From Candidatus Bathyarchaeota archaeon (GTDB lineage Archaea; Thermoproteota; Bathyarchaeia; Bathyarchaeales; Bathycorpusculaceae), in NCBI GenBank assembly GCA_963775685.1, contig CAVZJV010000014.1, positions 320,001 through 384,000 of the forward strand: a stretch of 64,000 nucleotides of DNA, given 5' to 3'. Shown in pieces: positions 22,422 to 31,804 of this stretch. The position numbers and the translations under genes are program-made. Below the pieces are notes generated by a model. The model was not told where the DNA came from, did no database searches, and saw only the letters and a program-made list of their open reading frames with translations. Numbering within the stretch: the stretch's first letter is position 1; every line of letters starts with the position of its first letter.

Positions 22422-23372
22422 TTGTGAAAAGTTGCTCTGGCATCTGTATAGTGGCCATTAATTGTTAGCCCACCGAATGTGGGTGATGTTGTAGTTTTCA
22501 GATTGGTTTGATCGGTAAAGTTAGTCATTGAAGGTGTCACAATTGGTATTCTGTCTGTGCTGATTGTTCCGTTTGTAATTAATGAAGCGTCGGCTGTAAG
22601 GTTCTGCAAGGCTCTGCCTGAAGTAATAACTTGTGTACCGCCGACTTGTAGAGTTGCAGAATTAACGTAATCTGCAATTGTAGCGTTTCCATTAACTGCT
22701 AGATCGCCAGTAACAGTAAGATCGCCTCCGGAACTGCCTAGGGGTCCAATGTAGGCGTCGGCGACAACCACATCGTCAACGTATACCGACGAAGGATAAG
22801 TTGATTCTGTCTGACTGTCTTGCGCAACAAAAGCTCTGTTTATGCTGCCCCAATCATCATTGTCGAACCCTGTTGTGTCACTCAAACCATTGTCTTTGAT
22901 TCCATCGATCCACGCTTCCACTGTCCCCGAGGATGCGTTGACAAGAGCCTTCAACTCCAGACAGTACCAAGTGTTTGTTTGAGGCGTATTCACAGACGAA
23001 TACAGCAACGTATACGTGCCACCTTTTAGGTATCCAACAAACCAGTTTTGGCCCATTATTGTAGCGCAATCCAATGCCTAGAACCGTATTGTTCGAAGAG
23101 CCATTGCATAGAAAACCCGAAAGTACACCCTGTCCGCTTGTAGGTAATGTGTCGAAACGTACGTAGAATCTATGATGAACGGTAGTGTAGGTTGAACCCA
23201 GGTCTCTGTAGGCGTCTGCATAGCCGCTACTTGCGGTTAGAGTAAACTTTCCAGCGTACGAGCCAGATTTAACAGTTGTATCTTGCACTTGAGATGTGCC
23301 GTCTTGTACGTAGTTTCCAGTCCAAGAACTAAAGCTTCCGCTCTCAAAGCCGTCACTAAAAATAGTCGTCAA
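22418..23372 (-). CDS. Tail-fibre/adhesin-like protein with ConA/polysaccharide-lyase-like domain (frameshift joins 22878-23372 and 22418-23074)
   Basis: IFSDGFESGSFSSW, NTWYCLELK, VYVDDVVVADAYIG, then GDLTVTGDLAVNGNATI and TSPTFGGLTING. Confidence 0.65.
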
Positions 23373-23487
23373 CTGTCATTTCACCTTCCAAGACATCGAC
23401 ACCGTGTATCCGGTTTTAGGCAAGCCTCAAACATAACATTGGCATCATCGCCGGCTCTATTATTTCCAGTTTTTTCTTGTTTTGCAT

Positions 23488-23835
23488 TCATAGTCGCCGC
23501 GCCCAGTTAGCGCTTATCCCAGCTGCGCCTTCAGCATCACTACGCTGCAAACACATTATCGTTCCCTTCCCATCTTTATGAACAGCAACATGCAATTCGA
23601 TCGGTTGGTTTGACGCATCACACTGCTTGCCGGCTTCAGCGTTGATGTGCTGCGGAACGGTGAAGGCAGCTTTCTGGTTGTAGTCAAAAGTCTCTTGGAA
23701 GCCGACGTTTAAGTCGAGTTTTGGCTGCCATGCATAGCGGCAGATTGGACACCGAAAACGCGGGTTAACTCCGCTGGCTGGATCATTGGAGGATATTGAG
23801 TTATAGAAGAGCTGCTTGTAGATTGTTTGGCTCAT
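23488..23835 (-). CDS. Zn-binding hypothetical protein
   Basis: CPIC..H..C; GAGGTG RBS upstream. Confidence 0.6.
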   Translation of the reverse strand: MSQTIYKQLFYNSISSNDPASGVNPRFRCPICRYAWQPKLDLNVGFQETFDYNQKAAFTVPQHINAEAGKQCDASNQPIELHVAVHKDGKGTIMCLQRSDAEGAAGISANWARRL

Positions 23836-23938
23836 AATATTACACCTCGTTTATGTTTCAATTCGAAGGTTGTTGGGTGGTTTTTTTGGTTTTTAGTTTT
23901 GTTTTGTTCAAACATTCTTTTTGTTCCCTAACCCATCT

Positions 23939-24023
23939 TCGCTGCTTTAGCTTTTAAGACCAGTAGAACGGTTATGGTAAGTGGGTAACCCAGTTACGGT
24001 AACTGGGAGATAACTGAAAGTGA
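23939..24023 (+). repeat. Direct repeat copy B with perfect palindrome CCCAGTTAC-G-GTAACTGGG
   Basis: Seen directly; lies between divergent genes. Confidence 0.95.
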
Positions 24024-24124
24024 ACAGTCTCAGTTAAAATTTAGTGAAAATGAAGTGCTTCACTTTCACTCTCCTCTAACCTATCACAGGTATCTGTTTG
24101 AGCCTCGGCTTTAAATGCTAAAAG

Positions 24125-24442
24125 TTGCAACAGAAGAAGCCCCAGGAAGGTGACTTGCGTTTGGATTTAGCAACGATCCTGTCTTCAAATTGCAGGCGAA
24201 AGATAATCAAATATTTAGCTGAAAATGGTCCAACTCACATGATGCAGCTAATACTTGTAATAAGAGGCAAATATCCACAAGTCAACTCTGAACTTCTAAT
24301 ACTCCAAAAAGAAAACATCATTATCGACCAACGTATCGGTCGAATGCGCATGCTCCGGCTTAACAAGGAAAACGCTGGTACCTTACAGATTATCCAAGCG
24401 CTAAAGATTTTATCTGATAAAAACTCGAATATACGAGATTGA
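24125..24442 (+). CDS. ArsR-like wHTH regulator
   Basis: LSSNCRRKIIKYLAENGPTHMMQL..YPQVNSELLILQKENII. Confidence 0.75.
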   Translation: MQQKKPQEGDLRLDLATILSSNCRRKIIKYLAENGPTHMMQLILVIRGKYPQVNSELLILQKENIIIDQRIGRMRMLRLNKENAGTLQIIQALKILSDKNSNIRD

Positions 24443-24855
24443 GAGGGATAAAATTGAAGGCTTCCCAAACTGAAGAAACAAATCTATTATTGCTCTCAGA
24501 AGGGTTAATTTCACAGACGAGTAACATTAGGGAAGCGATCACAAATTTTCTAAATCAAACAGTCACCCTCCCAACTGAACTTATCGCTCGGATCAAAGAT
24601 TTTACGGGATCCTGCAAAGGGGATTTCGCAAGCAAAGAGGATTTTGTTATTGATGCAATCAATTTTAGATTAGAATGGCTGAAGAGTAATAGCGAATGTT
24701 TTGAAATCTCTCGTGAACAGTATGATGCGTTAAGTGAAGCTCTTAAGGAAATGGGATCCGAGTTCTTCTCGGTTGAAGAATTCGTTCAAGGCCAAATTGT
24801 TGACGTTTTGAAAAGATACGACGATTATTTGAAGAGCAAAAGAAGAAAAAGATGA
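24439..24855 (+). CDS. Ribbon-helix-helix (CopG-like) protein
   Basis: TVTLPTELIARIKDF..FASKEDFVIDAI; second similar repeat SVEEFV. Confidence 0.65.
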   Translation: MRGIKLKASQTEETNLLLLSEGLISQTSNIREAITNFLNQTVTLPTELIARIKDFTGSCKGDFASKEDFVIDAINFRLEWLKSNSECFEISREQYDALSEALKEMGSEFFSVEEFVQGQIVDVLKRYDDYLKSKRRKR

Positions 24856-25543
24856 TTACAGTAAAGGAGATTAAGGAACTACTTAGTGCATTCACTCGTT
24901 GGAACATACTGAAGTGAAACAGTTAATCGATTCCTATTCAAGCTGTTTTTGATTCCATTATTTGCTTCTGTGTTGCCTTTTCCTAAGCTTGCATGTCCGA
25001 ACCTGACTACTTTCTAGTTCTGGGTAATCCCATCGTTAATCCCTCGCATAATCTTTGGGTTACTATTCAAGATTTAGAAGGCATTTTTGTCTGCAAAGTA
25101 TAAAGCTCAGCTCTGAAGTTTAAGAGCCGTTTGCCAACCCATTTGCTAACTCTTTCGCCAACGCCTTCTCAGGTATCCGGCGGCATTTTTTGTTTTAATA
25201 GTTCCAATCGTTATTGTCGTATCAGTTTTCGTGATTGCCTCTCTTCTGTTTTATAGAAGGCATCGAAAATAATCTCTAAAAACAAATCCAACGTTTAGAG
25301 AAAAAGCATAAAGTAAATTTTAGATAAAAAGCTTGATAAACTTAACTTTCTCAAGATATCCTTAGCTTTAGTCTAGGTTTTTTCGGTGAAGAAAGGTAGT
25401 CAAGGATTTTCACTTTGGCTTTACTCACTACTGTTTGGTGAGGTCGTTTTTCCATTTGTTTTATATGGAATTTTAGCTTATGCATGTGTCCTAAGTGATT
25501 GCCAATGAGAAAGATTTCAGGTTGTTTGGAGGTTTAGCTGGTT

Positions 25544-25654
25544 ATGGGTAAGACTGTTCCAGCCTACCGTATGGCTTTGGAGGAAGAGAATATCCGTTGG
25601 AGCGGCTTTGAGAGGGCTTTGCAAAGTGGGGCTTACGATGGGTGGCGCTCATAG
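25544..25654 (+). pseudogene. Truncated small protein of the archaeal PolB2-associated type
   Basis: MGKTVPAYRMALEEENIRWSGFERAL resembles the MGRTxPSxR N-terminus; GGAGG RBS; stops after 36 aa. Confidence 0.5.
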
Positions 25655-26622
25655 CCTTGGCTGCGACTGGCGTGGCCGTTAGGGCAATGGTTGCTAACCT
25701 AAGTCTTACGGGAACGTTCTCGGCTTAGCAAAGGGCGGAGTGGTAGCCGAGTTGTTTTTCAAGTATTTCCTTGAAAAACGGGGTAACCTATTATATAAGG
25801 AGCTTTTTTCTCGTCGTCGTTTAATGATAATGCTGCTGTTTTTGAGGAGTAACTCACTATCCGGTGAGATAAAATTCAAACCTGATCTATAATAGACAAC
25901 CCATCCAAACATAAAGCGAGGTAAATATCGGGTATAGTTAAGGCATCTCATAGTAGAAGTTGGAACACCTAGAACGGCTGGAACCCCTAATACGAAAGAA
26001 GCTATTTTATTGCCGTTTAAGGATAATGCGGTTGTTTGCGAGGAGTAACTCATTATCAAGTGAGGTAATTTTCTACTATTTGATAGAAGGTCTTTCATTA
26101 GGTGCGATAGGAAAAGAGGTTCTTGACGCGTTTAACCCTCTTTTGATAATCTAAGCTCAATTCATGCAAGGTTTACTAGGAAAAATAAGAAAGAATTTTC
26201 CTACTGGGAGAAAAAATCAGAACAATACAGACAGCTTTTAGGGCATTTTGAGTTGGCTTAGTTTTGGGTTTACTCCCGCTCTCTAGAATGAATGTACAAG
26301 TTATGCTATTATCGAAAATAAATCATTCCTTGCTTGTGAGTTGTTAAAGAGTTTTTTTGTGCTTTAATCAAATATTGGTGGAAGCAGAGTCATTACAGCC
26401 ACAGAGGGATAAGTAGTCATTTTGTGTTCGCCTTAATGTTTTTTAATAAACAAAAAAAGAGAAAAAAGGGAAGGTTGAGCGGGAGATAACGCGGAGAGAT
26501 AACTAAAATAAACCTTTCCAGAAGAAACGAAGCTATGAGATTCAAAGCCACTTTTTCACTGAGTGCGATGGATATCATTGGGATAGAAAATTAAACTTTT
26601 TAGGTTTCTATAAGAGGTGCAA

Positions 26623-26675
26623 TATATGTGGGGAACTTCACGACCTATTCAACAACCTTAACCTCCCCACATATA
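26623..26675. repeat. Perfect 12-bp inverted repeat TATATGTGGGGA..TCCCCACATATA with 29-bp spacer
   Basis: Seen directly in an intergenic region. Confidence 0.85.
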
Positions 26676-26886
26676 CTCAAACATAGAAAACATTTATTCC
26701 AAAAAGCTCCAATATAATACCAACATAGTCCTGTTAGGCTTTTGTAATGTTTTACAATTGAGTCCAAATAAGTTTGTTTTGGTGGTATAGTGAAATTAAT
26801 TGGGCTAAATTCATAGATTATATATACTTGGATGGGTTAATGTTGATAAATTCCGTCTATTAAGTGAAGTTTATTGGGGAGCCGCT

Positions 26887-27906
26887 TTGAAAATTAGAAT
26901 AGGAAAAAGAAGCGCTATTGTATTGTCGACAATTGTACTTCTTTTTTCTTTGATATTAAGTTCGTTTCTTTACATAAACTATACAAAGCCCTACAATGGG
27001 TCAGTAGAATCAATTACTATAGGCGCTACACTCTTGGAATCCACAGGACCCCTGTTTGTTGCTAAAGATAGGAATTTTTTTTCCAACAACGGCCTTAATT
27101 TAACCATAAAATATTATGATGTTGGATTAAACGCCGTTAACGACCTTTTGGCAGGCAAAGTAGATATGGCTTTGAGCGCTGAGTACATATTAGTCAGCAA
27201 GGCACTGGGCAATCAGAAAATTCAAACAATCGGAAGCATTGCCAAAACCGATTTTGCGTATGTAGTTGCTAGAAAGGACCATGGAATCCGAGATATCTCA
27301 GACCTTTACGGCAAAAATATTGGCGTTGTTCGGGGAACAGTAATGGAGTTCTATCTAGGTCAATTCCTTGAACTTAACCGATTGAGCATATCGAATGTAA
27401 ACCTCGTTAACATAACGCTTGCGCAGTCAGTTGATGTTCTGGTTAATGGAGAGGTGGATGCAGTAATTTCTTTTCCGCCTTTTGTTGAAACCGCTCAGCA
27501 GAAACTTGGTACCAACGCCGTTGTTTGGGATCCCCAGGGAAGTCAGTCCCTATATGGTATAGTTACCGCCAGAAACGACTGGATAAGCCTTCACCCGGAA
27601 GTTGTTAAACGTTTTCTTAGAGCGGTAAGCCAAACAGAAGATTACATGACACGGCATCCCGCTGAATCAAAAGTTATCGTTGGCCAGACTATGAATTTCA
27701 CATCTGGTTACATGGATATTGTTTGGGCACGAAACGAGTATACGCTGTCTCTTGATCAATCGTTGGTTCTTGCTTTGGAGAATGAGGCAAGATGGATGAT
27801 TAACAGAAGCCTAGCCAGTCAGACAGTGATTCCAGATTTTACGAACTACATCAGCTTTGAGGGTTTAACTGCGGTAAATCCCGACTTAGTTAACGTAATT
27901 CATTGA
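26887..27906 (+). CDS. NitT/TauT (SsuA/NMT1-like) substrate-binding protein
   Basis: N-terminal TM; LFVAKDRNFFSNNGL, DLYGKNIGVVRGT, GEVDAV, PEVVKRFLRA. Confidence 0.9.
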   Translation: MKIRIGKRSAIVLSTIVLLFSLILSSFLYINYTKPYNGSVESITIGATLLESTGPLFVAKDRNFFSNNGLNLTIKYYDVGLNAVNDLLAGKVDMALSAEYILVSKALGNQKIQTIGSIAKTDFAYVVARKDHGIRDISDLYGKNIGVVRGTVMEFYLGQFLELNRLSISNVNLVNITLAQSVDVLVNGEVDAVISFPPFVETAQQKLGTNAVVWDPQGSQSLYGIVTARNDWISLHPEVVKRFLRAVSQTEDYMTRHPAESKVIVGQTMNFTSGYMDIVWARNEYTLSLDQSLVLALENEARWMINRSLASQTVIPDFTNYISFEGLTAVNPDLVNVIH

Positions 27907-27967
27907 GGAGCGAAGAAAAACGAAAATCAAAAATCAGTTCATCGTTTGCATTGCAGTATTCAGCTTT

Positions 27968-29836
27968 ATGTTGCTTATCATAATCTCCTCAGTAGTATAT
28001 ACAGAACAACAAGTAGTTCAGCTACGGCTTCAAGAAGCGACTTCAAGCAACATCGAACGCTCAGCAAGTAGCCTGAGCAGTGTAGCCATCGACTATTTTC
28101 TCTATCAAGAGGACTACTTGCAGCTTCAACGTTGGAATACCACAATTTCTTCACTCCGCCAAGATATAACAAACCTAAAAGTTAACAATCAACAGCAACA
28201 AAAACTTGCTGATAGCGTTGAAAATGACCTGGAAAACATAAATCAAACTTTTGCCGATGTGACCTCCTACTTACAAAACGCCTATAGAACTGTGAGTATT
28301 AGAATTGACCCAGAATTTCAGCACAGATGGAGCAGTATGGCTGTCCAAAATCAAGCCCTTGCTTTTGACTCTTCTCAACTATCCAATTCTTTTGACAACC
28401 AAGCCCACCAAGCAAATGATACCAATACCCTCCTGATTGTTTCGCTAGCTATTACCTTTGGAGCTTTCTTGGCAACTATTTACCTCATTGTTTTTCGTAG
28501 GACCTTAAAATCGGTAACTGAACTCCAAAACGGCATCGACACTATAGGTTCAGGTAACCTCGAATACGTAATTGAAACTAAAAGAAATGATGAGGTAACT
28601 GATCTCTCCTGCGCTTTTAACAAAATGACAGCAAATTTGAAGAATCTTACTGCTTCAAAAGCTGATTTAGAAAATGAGATTGCAGGTCGCAAGAAAGCGG
28701 ATGAGGCTATGCGAGAGAGCGAAGAGCGTTTCTCTAAAGCTTTCCATAACAGTCCTATCCCACAAATTATCGCCCGTTTTGGAGATTGGCACTATGTTGA
28801 TGCAAACGAGAGCGTAGCTAATTTGCTTGAGTATAGTCGTGAAGAGTTGATTGGTCATTCTTCGGCGGAGCTGAACCTAATACCGCTTGTTAGGCGCGAA
28901 TCGGGTGTACAATCTGTTATTCAGGCAGGGGAACTGCGCGACTTTGAAACTGATGTCCGGACAAAATTTGGAAAAATAATAACAGTGCTTGTCTCAACTG
29001 AAACAATCACTCTTAACGGTGAAAAACACCTAATCAACACTTTTATCGATATTACCATGCGCAAACAGATGCAAGCTAAATTGGAAGAATACAGCAAGCA
29101 CTTAGAAGATTTAGTTAAAGAGAGAACTAAACAGCTTAAAGACGCAGAGCGGTTAGCCGCGATCGGCGCCACCGCAGGTATGGTGGGACACGATATACGC
29201 AACCCTTTGCAGGCTATAACTGGCGATGTGTATTTGGCTAAAACTGAATTAGCGGCAATGCCTGAAAGCGATGAGAAAAAAAACACATTGGAGAGTTTGC
29301 ACGAGATTGAAAAGAACATCGATTATATTAACAAGATTGTTGCTGACTTGCAAGATTTCGCTCGACCACTTAAACCGAACATAGAAGAAGCTGACTTAAA
29401 ACTGATAATTGATGAATTGCTAAGAAAGAACAGCTTGCCCGAGAACATTAAAGTAGCCGTCAAAGTGGAGTCTGAAGCAAGAAAAATCTTTACTGATTGC
29501 GCTTATCTAAACCGCATACTCTACAACCTAGTTACAAATGCTGTTCAAGCAATGCCTAAAGGCGGAAAAATATATATCAACGCTTCTAAAGATAAGAAAA
29601 CAGGCGACGCTATCATAACTGTTAAAGACACAGGCGTTGGCATACCTGATGGAGCTAAAGAAAAAATGTTCACGCCGATGTTCACTACAAAATCGAAAGG
29701 TCAAGGGTTTGGTTTAGCTGTAATCAAGCGTATGGCTGAAGCGTTAAAGGGTAACGTGTCTTTTGTGAGTCAAGAGGGTAAAGGAACAAAATTCATAATA
29801 CAAATTCCCCAAAAGTTCACAGAAACAATATCTTAA
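27968..29836 (+). CDS. Membrane sensor histidine kinase (HAMP-PAS-HisKA-HATPase)
   Basis: DEVTDLSCAFNKM HAMP, PAS, GHDIRNPL, NLVTNA, DTGVG, GQGFGL; true start probably ~27920. Confidence 0.92.
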   Translation: MLLIIISSVVYTEQQVVQLRLQEATSSNIERSASSLSSVAIDYFLYQEDYLQLQRWNTTISSLRQDITNLKVNNQQQQKLADSVENDLENINQTFADVTSYLQNAYRTVSIRIDPEFQHRWSSMAVQNQALAFDSSQLSNSFDNQAHQANDTNTLLIVSLAITFGAFLATIYLIVFRRTLKSVTELQNGIDTIGSGNLEYVIETKRNDEVTDLSCAFNKMTANLKNLTASKADLENEIAGRKKADEAMRESEERFSKAFHNSPIPQIIARFGDWHYVDANESVANLLEYSREELIGHSSAELNLIPLVRRESGVQSVIQAGELRDFETDVRTKFGKIITVLVSTETITLNGEKHLINTFIDITMRKQMQAKLEEYSKHLEDLVKERTKQLKDAERLAAIGATAGMVGHDIRNPLQAITGDVYLAKTELAAMPESDEKKNTLESLHEIEKNIDYINKIVADLQDFARPLKPNIEEADLKLIIDELLRKNSLPENIKVAVKVESEARKIFTDCAYLNRILYNLVTNAVQAMPKGGKIYINASKDKKTGDAIITVKDTGVGIPDGAKEKMFTPMFTTKSKGQGFGLAVIKRMAEALKGNVSFVSQEGKGTKFIIQIPQKFTETIS

Positions 29837-29888
29837 TTCATCTTTAAGCCCATTTCTTTCATTGCTAAAAAAATAAACAGTATAAAAT

Positions 29889-30413
29889 TTAGACAACGTA
29901 TCTGTCTGTTTGCTCGAAATCCCGAACAATCTCCATCACACGCTTAGGTGCATTGATGGGTCCAAGAGAAATATCTTTAAGTAAAACCCAAGGCGACTTA
30001 CGTGCAACCACAGTGGCTATGTGTTCTTCGCCAAAACTTTTCTTAGCAACGTCTACGACTTCTCTTCTAACACCTGACTCTGACATTTCCCCGAGTGCAT
30101 GCAAATACTCATGCAACAGAAGGTTGTAGACCAAGGCATTGATAGTGGGTTTATCACTCATCGAGGCCTCAACGATTTCAACTAGCGCCCTGTTTAGAAC
30201 AATATTGTTGGTTCCAACGGGGTAATAAGCGCCAAGCTGCAGGGGCAAATCGTCTAAAAACAACATCATGCTGTCTCTACGTTTGCCCAAAGTGCATTCG
30301 GCAGATTCTTTGACGATTTTCCAAACCTCCGCGTAGTTTTTGGCTTTATTCAATGTGGCGCCAAATGATTGGGTAGGGTTGGGATTGTTTGGACTCAAAG
30401 CAGTTTCCTTCAA
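29889..30413 (-). CDS. Conserved HExxH zincin-like protein
   Basis: LGAYYPVGTNNIVLN, LLHEYLHALG. Confidence 0.75.
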   Translation of the reverse strand: MKETALSPNNPNPTQSFGATLNKAKNYAEVWKIVKESAECTLGKRRDSMMLFLDDLPLQLGAYYPVGTNNIVLNRALVEIVEASMSDKPTINALVYNLLLHEYLHALGEMSESGVRREVVDVAKKSFGEEHIATVVARKSPWVLLKDISLGPINAPKRVMEIVRDFEQTDRYVV

Positions 30414-30899
30414 GGATGAAAGAAAAGAATCAAGCCTTTAAGTGTTGCACCTTGATCTGATTTTAGTGACTTGACGTCCTCGGTAGGTAATTGAAGTTGC
30501 AAAAACAATGGGTCATTCAAATATTTCATGGGCTATGAGCGGCTAGTTGTATAGCCCGAAATGTAATGTTCAAATTCAAAAGTATTAAATTAACAACTTT
30601 AGATAGGGCGGGAAAAAAAATATTTGAATAATACGGTTCTGCTTTATGAAAGAACAATACCAGTTGTTTTTGAAAAAAAAGGAGGGGGCTATTTTGGGTT
30701 GGTTTTGTTTTTTAGGCTTTGCAAAGGCTGCAGGTTGAGGTGGAGAAAGCTAAGGAAGGGTGCGTGTTCTCGTTGCTGTTACCTAAGCAATTTCTGAGAT
30801 AAGGTCGCCGAATAGGACAATAATAATTCGAGGTTCGGAACAAACAAAAAATTGATAAATGACTAATGCTTTTGTCATAGCGTTATAGGTGAAAATTGA

Positions 30900-31322
30900 A
30901 TGGCAAGTAATGTCGTCGTAAGAGACATCATGCAAAAAGACGTTAAAGTCGTAAACAACAACACAGTGATGCAAGAAGTAGTTGCAATAATGAACAAATT
31001 CGACAAAGATGCAATTCTAGTTGTCCAAAGCGGCAAACCAACCGGCATTATCACCGTCAAAGACGTCCTGATAAGAGCAGTTGAAGCTAACGTACCACTT
31101 AAAACTGTCATCGCAAGAATGGTCTACACAAACCCCCTCGTAACAATTGATGAAAACGCAACCGTTGAAGAAGCAGCAAAACTCATGAAACACTGGAACA
31201 TCAAACACTTACCAGTTGTCGACAAACAAGGCGCCCTTGTAGGCTTACTAGATGATAGAGCAATTGTCTACGCGGTTCCAAAATTGATGTCGATAATGGA
31301 AGAATTCTGCCGCCGAAAATAA
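30900..31322 (+). CDS. CBS-domain pair protein
   Basis: VRDIM..GIITVKD..EEAAKLM..IKHLPVVD. Confidence 0.92.
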   Translation: MASNVVVRDIMQKDVKVVNNNTVMQEVVAIMNKFDKDAILVVQSGKPTGIITVKDVLIRAVEANVPLKTVIARMVYTNPLVTIDENATVEEAAKLMKHWNIKHLPVVDKQGALVGLLDDRAIVYAVPKLMSIMEEFCRRK

Positions 31323-31431
31323 TTTCCTTCTCTAATCTTCAGTTTTTTATTTACCAACCATTTTTCCAAAGAATCTAATTATAACAATATATTCTGCGAA
31401 GAGCAAAAACAAGAAAAAGATAGAAAAGGGC

Positions 31432-31722
31432 TTATTGCTTGCTTTCTTTTGCCCAGGCTTCTTTGGCGATTTTAGCGATGGCGTCAGTGTTTGTCTGATC
31501 ATTTAGATCTGTCAAAACATTTTTGATTTCGTTTCTGACGAGCAAAGCAATTTCGTTGACCCGTAATGGTTCAGGTCTTGTCGATTGATATATGCGAAGA
31601 GCTCGGAGAACAAATCGAACGATTAAGTTGTTGAGTTCATCTTGTAATTCGGTGAGTTCATCCTTGCTTTCGGTCATTTTTTTGCTATAAGCGTCTGAAT
31701 CTCTTTTTCCAGTAGGTTCCAT
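31432..31722 (-). CDS. Hypothetical helical protein
   Basis: 96-aa ORF downstream of pyrG. Confidence 0.65.
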   Translation of the reverse strand: MEPTGKRDSDAYSKKMTESKDELTELQDELNNLIVRFVLRALRIYQSTRPEPLRVNEIALLVRNEIKNVLTDLNDQTNTDAIAKIAKEAWAKESKQ

Positions 31723-31804
31723 TTTTTATCGATCCTTTAAGCAGAAGTGTCAACGGCGGATTATAGCCTTTTCTAGTGAAGCAATTTATCTACAAAAAGA
31801 GGTG

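Larger units (their letters stand above)
13946..24950. mobile_element. Element 1: integrated provirus/plasmid-like element (right boundary uncertain, up to ~26.7 kb)
   Basis: Integrase, Zn-finger protein, AAA+ ATPase, AbrB, divergent wHTH, tail-fibre-like genes, wHTH/RHH pair. Confidence 0.75.

Noticed and set aside
25706-26098. 130-aa minus-strand ORF
   Set aside because: No recognisable features; it overlaps decayed plus-strand fragments.
26506-26517. AAATAAACCTTT shared with 13906-13917 as att sites of element 1
   Set aside because: Low-complexity match equal to a generic BRE/TATA on the minus strand.
30530-30560. GGGCTAT..ATAGCCC hairpin as an ncRNA
   Set aside because: Single 7-bp stem with no other supporting motif.
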